Below, in pieces: positions 25,918 through 32,000 of a stretch of DNA of 32,000 bases; the first letter of the stretch is position 1; each line of letters begins with the position of its first letter. Below the pieces are notes generated by a model that did no database searches, had not been told where the DNA came from, and worked only from the letters and a program-made list of their open reading frames with translations. The stretch spans positions 7,110 to 39,109 of the forward strand of contig NZ_JAYKGW010000174.1 in assembly GCF_035285525.1 (NCBI RefSeq), given 5' to 3'. The position numbers and the translations under genes are program-made. This DNA comes from Okeania sp. (lineage in GTDB: Bacteria > Cyanobacteriota > Cyanobacteriia > Cyanobacteriales > Microcoleaceae).

Positions 25918-26131
25918 TTATGCTACACTCTGTAGTCGCCAAAAATCCGCCAGTCGTTGTTGCCATTGATACCAATACTTCATTTCAGTTATCAGTTATC
26001 AGTACCTCATAATGGAAAACATGGCCTTCTATGAGTTGAATTTTGTAAATATTTTTTAATAAAGGTAAAATATTATGCCAATATGTTTCGATAGCGGAAG
26101 AACAGGAGATGGGTTGATCTTGGAGGTAGTT
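25918..26131 (-). pseudogene. C-terminal remnant of an unidentified gene, truncated by a hairpin element and frameshifted at a CTGATAA heptamer duplication
   Basis: The minus strand reads YLQDQPISCSSAIETYWHNILPLLKNIYKIQLIEGHVFHYEVLITDN-stop. The +1 frame continues MKYWYQWQQRLADFWRLQSVA-stop. Removing one CTGATAA unit (about 25990-26008) joins the two frames. Confidence 0.3.
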
Positions 26132-26329
26132 AGGACTTACGCATAAACGCTATTAGTAGTGGACTGTTTCATCTAAAATGGTGCATTAGGGAGTAGGGGA
26201 GTAGGGGAGTAGGGGAGAAACATTTTTGTAACCTACAGCTATTGCACCATTTAAGGTGAAACAATGCAGTAGGGTGCGTTAGCGAAGCGTAACGCACCAA
26301 TACACCATATATAGTGTCTTTGCGTAAGT
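26132..26329. repeat. AGGACTTACGCA-type hairpin element with nested inner hairpins and a GTAGGGGA octamer array
   Basis: Arms are AGGACTTACGCA / TGCGTAAGTT. Inner palindromes are GTTTCA..AAAATGGTGCA / TGCACCATTT..GTGAAAC and GGTGCGTTAGCGAAGCGTAACGCACC. Confidence 0.65.
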
Positions 26330-26558
26330 TATGGTAGTTTTGGATTTGTTGATGGATCAGAATGCCACGTTTTCTTGAAGATTGAGAGATTTGGTTAGCT
26401 TGAGTGTTGCATACTTTAAATGCTGAAACCAATGCCCGTAAACACTTTGATCAATAATTCAGCAAGCCCTAATTACTGTTAGTTGACGGCTGTTTGAGCA
26501 ACATTCCGCAGTAAATGCTTACATTAATATTATCAAAACTACTAACTAAATTTTTAAT

Positions 26559-26912
26559 ATGGATTATGAAACCGCCCGTCAATTTCTGATTGACCAAGGA
26601 ACTGCCCTAGAAACTAAAATTAACCCAGATGCTTTTCTGATGCGTCTCGAACAAGGTAAACCTCCTATTCCTGGTCAAGTAACTAACATTTTGTTAGCTC
26701 TAAAAATTTGTTTTCAAACATTACAAGGAGACCCACTTTTAGACCGAGAATTAGTTACCGGATTATATTTATTAGCAATGGAAAGTCTCAAATTATTTGA
26801 AACAGGTAGACAAAAAAGAGTTATGTGGCCACCACTTTTAAAAGAAGATATTGAGCGAATTACAATTGCGGTGAAAAATATATTTTCTGGAGTTTGGTCT
26901 GAAGCAAAATGA
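26559..26912 (+). CDS. Hypothetical protein
   Basis: 117-aa ORF of non-repeat sequence with ATG start, flanked on both sides by repeat elements. No motif recognised. Confidence 0.5.
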   Translation: MDYETARQFLIDQGTALETKINPDAFLMRLEQGKPPIPGQVTNILLALKICFQTLQGDPLLDRELVTGLYLLAMESLKLFETGRQKRVMWPPLLKEDIERITIAVKNIFSGVWSEAK

Positions 26913-28034
26913 TTAAGCATTTAGCTGTCAGCTATCAGCTATTACTGTTGCTGTACTTTCTGAAACAAAAGTTAAATTCTACTAAAAAAAAAGAGGATTC
27001 TTATTGCTGATAGCTCTAGGGAAGTTAACATTTTTTTTATACAACTTCCCTAAAATGCTTACCAAAAAATCAATTTTATCCCGTTTTTTAATCACAATTA
27101 TTCAGATAATTTATGGAAATCCTTTTTCTCAGCAATACTTTCTAGAGATGCCAAAACTTGAGGTAATTCTGCTAAAAAATTTGCTACTATTTTTTCATCT
27201 TGACAACCTATACTCTTACTTCTCTTAACTTCTTTTTCTGAAACTTTATAACTCATATAATTTATGAAAAATAATCAAATCTAATTTAGTAAACATTCAG
27301 GATTCAGCTATCAGCTATCAGCCTTGAATTATTAACTTATTATCACACTAAAGAAGGAATTAGCCTAATAGCGAAAAGTAAAAATTATAAATAAAATTGG
27401 TCATCAACTAACCTTAGAATTGCTTGATTTTTGAAAAAAGCTAAATGCTATTTGCGAAACATTCCTTAGGAAATTCTAATAGTTGAATCCTTACCTAACT
27501 TATTGTCAAACTAAGCTCTCTTCTAACTACCAAAATAAAGTTAATCTACAACTAATTTTCTCAACTGATATTCAAAATTAATCTAAACATTCAGCATTCA
27601 GCAGTCAGCTATCATCAGAGTGTTTTTAGTTAGTGATAAAAGCAATATTTAATAGAGAAACGAAAAATCTTGCTAAAAAAGTCAGCTCTAAAGTCTATAT
27701 TCATTTAAACTTCGGTAAGCATTTCCTGCGGAATGCTTACAAATTAATTAGCAGATAAAGGTCAGAAGGGAGAAGGTTTTTTATAGCTAATTTAATTAGC
27801 CTAATTGATATAAATTTCAGCTTTTCTTATTCCCTCTACCTTCTTCCCTCTGATGAATTAATGTAAACTTTCAGCTATTAACTTTAGAGGATAAATTTAA
27901 TATTTGGTAAGGTTTAGTCTCCAAACCTTACCAAGATTGAAGCTTTTGCCAATATTGATTTTATTTATCCTCCAAAAGTGGATTTCATATTAATAGCTGA
28001 AGTGCTGAGGTGCTAATAGCTGAATGCTTATTAA

Positions 28035-29207
28035 TTAATATTGAGGCACGGAAGAATCTATCTCCTGACTCCAGGCAATAATACCACCTTTAACATTAGT
28101 ACCCTCAATACCATTTTCCTTCAGAATACCTAATGCTTTAGCCGCTCGCCCACCCATCTTACAATGAACAATTAAACGATGACCATTCATTAATTCCTTA
28201 ACCTTTTCCACCCCAGAACCCTGCTCAATATCTGGCAGTGGCACTAAAACAGACCCAGGAATTTTTGCAATTTCATATTCATGGGGGTTCCGGACGTCAA
28301 CTAAGACAAAATCATCTGCCCCACTATCCAATAATTGCTTGAAATCTTGAACCGTCATTTCTGGAATAGCCATCTTATTTTCTGCCTCCTGTGCTTTAGC
28401 TTGAGGAATACCACAAAACTGCTCATAATCAATCAACTTTTCAATCACTGGTCTTACCGGATTAGGACGCAGTTTCAATTCCCGGAAAGTCATATCTAGA
28501 GAATTATAAAGTAACAACCTACCACTCAAAGTTGTACCTTTACCCAAAACAATTTTAATAGTTTCCGTCGCTTGGATAACTCCTATCATCCCTGGTAAAA
28601 TTCCTAATACACCACCCTCGGCACAAGAAGGAACCATTCCTGGGGGTGGGGGTTCCGGATAAAGGTCGCGGTAGTTAGGTCCACCTTCATAATTAAACAC
28701 CGTTGCCTGACCCTCAAAACGGAAAATTGAACCATAGACATTAGGTTTATTCAACAGTACACAGGCATCATTAACCAAATAACGAGTCGGGAAATTATCC
28801 GTACCATCAACAACAATATCATAAGACTTGAGAATGTCTAAAGCATTTTCAGAACTTATCCTGGTTTCGTAAAGGTCAACCTGACAGTGGGGATTAATTT
28901 CGTGAATCCGATTTTTCGCAGATTCAATTTTTGGCTTACCCACCCAGGAAGTACCATGAATAACTTGTCGTTGTAAATTGGAATGATCCACAATATCGAA
29001 ATCTACGATGCCAATATTTCCAATTCCTGCTGCTGCCAGATATAACAGTAGTGGAGAACCAAGACCACCCGTACCGATACATAGAACTTTGGCTGCCTTA
29101 AGACGTTTTTGACCATCTAATCCTACTTCTGGTAGAATCAGGTGGCGCGAGTAACGTTGATACTCATCTGTATTTAACTGGATTGTTTCCAGATTTGGAT
29201 TTAACAT
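28035..29207 (-). CDS. moeB: E1-like adenylyltransferase/sulfurtransferase, MoeB/ThiF domain fused to a C-terminal rhodanese domain (MoeZ-type)
   Basis: 390 aa. YSRHLILPEVG, nucleotide loop GTGGLGSP, DFDIVDHSNLQRQ and NDACV. Rhodanese active-site loop is VHCKMGGRA. Confidence 0.9.
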   Translation of the reverse strand: MLNPNLETIQLNTDEYQRYSRHLILPEVGLDGQKRLKAAKVLCIGTGGLGSPLLLYLAAAGIGNIGIVDFDIVDHSNLQRQVIHGTSWVGKPKIESAKNRIHEINPHCQVDLYETRISSENALDILKSYDIVVDGTDNFPTRYLVNDACVLLNKPNVYGSIFRFEGQATVFNYEGGPNYRDLYPEPPPPGMVPSCAEGGVLGILPGMIGVIQATETIKIVLGKGTTLSGRLLLYNSLDMTFRELKLRPNPVRPVIEKLIDYEQFCGIPQAKAQEAENKMAIPEMTVQDFKQLLDSGADDFVLVDVRNPHEYEIAKIPGSVLVPLPDIEQGSGVEKVKELMNGHRLIVHCKMGGRAAKALGILKENGIEGTNVKGGIIAWSQEIDSSVPQY

Positions 29208-29388
29208 AGCAATTTAAGTCTAATTGTTTAGAGAAATTTTTTATAGCAAGGAACAGGAAACAGGGAATAGGGAATAGGGAACAGTTTTTTCTAGTCTAAG
29301 TCCGTTATCAGTCCATGTCCTAATCCCCTTGTCGGTTGCTATAACATCCCAAAATTATCTACATTAAACCTGCTATCGAGGTTATTGC

Positions 29389-29844
29389 TTATCTTTTAAC
29401 AATTTCTTCTGGTTGAAACTGATGATTACTGTCAAGAGACCAACAGAGAAAGTCAGTAGTTTTGCCTTTTTCCACCGAGAGGATAATGTAGGAATATTCT
29501 GGCCAGGCGTAAATACGGTCAAATTCTGAGGGGATGGCTGGATGGTCTGGGTGAGAATGATAGATGCTAATGATGGAGAGGTGGCGGTCTCTGGCAGATT
29601 TCATGGCTTTCAGCATTATTTCTGGCAGAATAGCATATCTTCGTTCTTCTGTCAATTCTTTTTGTTCCGGCCAATATTCATCTGCTTCTGTTTGCCAGGC
29701 ATTTTCAGCAGGCCAGACTTCGATTACTGTTTTTGTCTGTTGGTTTTGCTGACCTAATATTAGGCCACAACATTCATTAGGGTAAGATGTTTCGGCGTGG
29801 GTAGAAATTTTTTGGAAGTGTGAGGAGGGGATTATTAAAGGCAT
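29389..29844 (-). CDS. JAMM/MPN+ metallopeptidase (Mov34/Mec-like)
   Basis: 151 aa. Upstream glutamate in NECCGLILG and JAMM motif HSHPDHPAIPSEFD (HxHx7Sx2D). Confidence 0.85.
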   Translation of the reverse strand: MPLIIPSSHFQKISTHAETSYPNECCGLILGQQNQQTKTVIEVWPAENAWQTEADEYWPEQKELTEERRYAILPEIMLKAMKSARDRHLSIISIYHSHPDHPAIPSEFDRIYAWPEYSYIILSVEKGKTTDFLCWSLDSNHQFQPEEIVKR

Positions 29845-30015
29845 TTGTTTTAAACAAGGGAGAAAAAAAGGAAAAAGAAAGTCAGATATAGCAATGAGTG
29901 TTCAGGTATTTATAACGTCCAGATCAAAATGCAGTCTAGAAAAGGTGTACAAAAAATAAAGTGTCAATATGCCAGCACAGATTGCTATAATACTTGAACC
30001 CATCTAAACTATATC

Positions 30016-30105
30016 ATGACTTACACAGTAGGTACTATCTATGGAGTTAAAAAACTATTCCGCTATAGTTTTTAGCACTACATATAGCGTTTATGCGTAA
30101 GTCCT
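30016..30105. repeat. Hairpin element of core type 1 (left arm degenerate ATGACTTACACA, right arm TGCGTAAGTCCT)
   Basis: Aligns with 12494-12571 and the reverse complement of 5870-5954. Confidence 0.65.
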
Positions 30106-30266
30106 ATATATGATTGAACCTATTTTATTTTGCTGAACAATTTACTATCAAAGTTAATAGTGAAAAATAAAAAATTGGAAAATTAAAAATTATTCCCAAA
30201 TTACATCATTTTGCTTTGATAGCGAATACTTACCCTGTCTACCTTTAATCTATTCCGAAACAGTTT

Positions 30267-30767
30267 ATGAAAGATATAAATACTGAAACTAAACAAGATA
30301 AAGTTGGTACAACAGAAGCAGCTTTTCTCCTAAATATTTCTGCTCGCCGACTCGGGTCACTTCTCAGACAAGGTCGTGTGATAGGAGCAAAAAAAGTGAA
30401 ACGCTTCTGGTTAATTCCTTTGAACAATAAAGGAATGCCAGAAATTATCCCTGGTAGCCGAGGTCCTGAAGGCACTTGGAATAAAGGACAGCGTACAGGC
30501 AATACTTTTATTCATGTACTGCGAAGAGAAATCGACTATAACCGAGACCACGGTACATCTCTTCCAGCTATTTCTGTTAAACAAGGAAACAGAAACGATA
30601 GCTGTCACGCAGTAGAAATTCTGGGAAATTGCAAAATCGTTTATCGACCTCATAAACCTAACAAAAGTCAAGCAGGTGGTGCCCGCCTCTGGATTGAGGT
30701 TGAGCCTTATGTTAAAATTATTCGCAAAATTTTCCGAGATATAGAACTTGAGGAAGAGAAATCTTAA
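30267..30767 (+). CDS. Helix-turn-helix DNA-binding protein with an unrecognised C-terminal domain
   Basis: 166 aa. TTEAAFLLNISARRLGSLLRQGRVIGAKKV looks like an excisionase/MerR-type HTH. The remaining ~110 aa are not recognised. Confidence 0.6.
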   Translation: MKDINTETKQDKVGTTEAAFLLNISARRLGSLLRQGRVIGAKKVKRFWLIPLNNKGMPEIIPGSRGPEGTWNKGQRTGNTFIHVLRREIDYNRDHGTSLPAISVKQGNRNDSCHAVEILGNCKIVYRPHKPNKSQAGGARLWIEVEPYVKIIRKIFRDIELEEEKS

Positions 30768-31104
30768 AGGTTTGGTTAACTTTGAATCTGATTTTTTAGC
30801 TTAACTAGATTTTTCTGCATATCTATATAACATTCGGTGTTGGCTTCTTTGATTTTTCAGCTAACATTGCAAATTGTCATGGAAATAATTCGGGTATTTG
30901 TCTTAGTGGCAAATTTCCTCAAAATATTTTTTGACAGTAGGTGAGCGATCGCCTCTTTAACGAAGTTAGAAGTCAGAAGTGATTTTTGTAACGGGGATTT
31001 CTTTACTTCCTTAGCTTTATCTCTCGTCAAATTATATCCTGATAGTGTCAATAATTATTTTTGTATGTGGCTGAATCATATATTGGATTGATATAGAGCT
31101 AAAT

Positions 31105-32000
31105 CTAACCAATAAAACCTAACAATCTAACTAAAGATTTAGCCAAATAATAAACTACTGGAATAGATACAGTATTTCCAAATTGTTTCTTAGCAATATT
31201 CTCTCGACTGTGCGCTCTAAACCAATTAGGAAAACCTTGTAACTTAGCACAATCTTTTGCAGTTATATACCTATACTTTTTCTGCAGATAAATTTCCTGG
31301 ATAAATAAAGATTTATACTCTTCTGGAGTTTCTGCATTAATAGAAACTGTAGCTATACAATCTTTTGTACCTGTAGCAGTTAAAGTCGGCACAATTTCTG
31401 AATGAGGTAAAAATATTCTATATATGCCATTAATTCCCGATGAATTTTTAGAATTGACAAATTCATAACCCTGTTCGGCAATATAACGAATAATTTTCTT
31501 CTCTACTAAATTATTCAATTCTTGTATTTGCAAATTATCTATTAATTCAGATAAATCTACAAAAGATAAAGGATTACCATCTTTAGTTCCGTACTTTTTT
31601 TTCCGTCTATTTTTGAGAATAGTTTCACAAATCAACTTTTCTCTTTTAGTTGTCTTAATCAAATCCCAAGAATGAATAGTTGTATGACCATTTCTCGTAT
31701 CACAAAAAACAAAAAAATCATTCAACTCATCCTTTTTCTGAAATTTATTCCTAGATACTGGAACATTGCCATTAAACAAAATATCTGGTGATAATTTTCT
31801 CTTTTGAATATCAATATCGCTCTGGATATCGTCAATAAATTCAAAAAGTTTAACTTGTAAATTCAATGGTTCGGGAAAAGAGAAATTATCTATATCTAAA
31901 TCTTTCCTAATTCCGACAATAAAAACTCTTTCTCTATTTTGAGGCAATCCAAAATCAGCAGAATTAAGTAACTGGTAATAAACACGATAACCAATATTTT
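31105..32000 (-). CDS. DNA (cytosine-5) methyltransferase, C-terminal part; the gene continues past the window end
   Basis: The frame is open to position 32000: ...NIGYRVYYQLLNSADFGLPQNRERVFIVG (motif VIII). A variable TRD follows, then RYITAKDCAKLQGFPNWF (motif IX) and GNTVSIPVV (motif X). The Met at 31947 in the ORF track is internal. Confidence 0.9.
   Translation of the reverse strand, partial: NIGYRVYYQLLNSADFGLPQNRERVFIVGIRKDLDIDNFSFPEPLNLQVKLFEFIDDIQSDIDIQKRKLSPDILFNGNVPVSRNKFQKKDELNDFFVFCDTRNGHTTIHSWDLIKTTKREKLICETILKNRRKKKYGTKDGNPLSFVDLSELIDNLQIQELNNLVEKKIIRYIAEQGYEFVNSKNSSGINGIYRIFLPHSEIVPTLTATGTKDCIATVSINAETPEEYKSLFIQEIYLQKKYRYITAKDCAKLQGFPNWFRAHSRENIAKKQFGNTVSIPVVYYLAKSLVRLLGFIG

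Noticed and set aside
24587-26470. 1.9-kb composite element bounded by 38/40-nt inverted repeats (24587-24626 vs 26431-26470) carrying the 116-aa gene
   Set aside because: The interrupted family-A element resumes at 24836, which fixes the right boundary of the 24587 copy at 24835. The 26431-26470 terminus therefore belongs to a separate, partial family-B copy. The long match simply reflects the family's full-length terminal repeat.
27098-27256. 52-codon minus-strand ORF MSYKVSEKEVKRSKSIGCQDEKIVANFLAELPQVLASLESIAEKKDFHKLSE
   Set aside because: It has no Shine-Dalgarno-like sequence upstream and no recognisable motif, and it sits between repeat fragments. It cannot be distinguished from a chance ORF.
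30857-31051. 64-codon ORF downstream of the methyltransferase as a possible Vsr or restriction gene
   Set aside because: It uses a TTG start, is too short and lacks Vsr or nuclease motifs. It is kept only as a possible remnant in the methyltransferase finding.
1-32000. tRNA, rRNA, tmRNA, RNase P or known riboswitch genes
   Set aside because: By eye I found no T-loop (GGTTCGAAT-like) with a matching acceptor stem, and no rRNA-like conserved blocks on either strand. Absence should be confirmed with tRNAscan-SE and Infernal, since visual scanning is weak for structured RNAs.

Overview
AT-rich cyanobacterial chromosomal segment. The cyanobacterial call rests on seven exact HIP1 octamers (GCGATCGC at 91, 2920, 3385, 9950, 17761, 19505, 30945) and many STRR-like 7-9 nt tandem arrays. 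I support 17 intact CDS, about 17.1 kb or roughly 53% of the window. These are an ABC-fold AAA ATPase, a membrane hydroxylase-SDR fusion, fmt, a GT39/ArnT-like glycosyltransferase, a LysS/LYS20-type homocitrate synthase, a chorismate-lyase-like protein and a sulfotransferase. They also include a 204-aa hypothetical, a GAF hybrid histidine kinase, NanE, PBP2, two small hypotheticals, MoeB/MoeZ-rhodanese, a JAMM peptidase, an HTH protein and a 5'-truncated C5 DNA methyltransferase. The remaining half is non-coding or decayed. It holds at least three pseudogenes and a dense, often nested population of small hairpin/MITE-like repeats of several families. By eye I found no rRNA, tRNA, CRISPR array, transposase, integrase or reverse transcriptase. 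I did not find a convincing intact multi-gene system of a new kind. The best candidates for follow-up are: (i) hairpin elements with identical 12-nt termini but unrelated cores; (ii) a decaying RloA/RloB (AbiL-like) ATPase-nuclease pair; (iii) a P-loop gene shattered by three different elements; (iv) an orphan LysS-type homocitrate synthase; (v) a JAMM/E1-like pair with no ubiquitin-like gene in cis. All family assignments come from motif recognition by eye, not searches. Repeat boundaries are approximate, about +/-10 bp.
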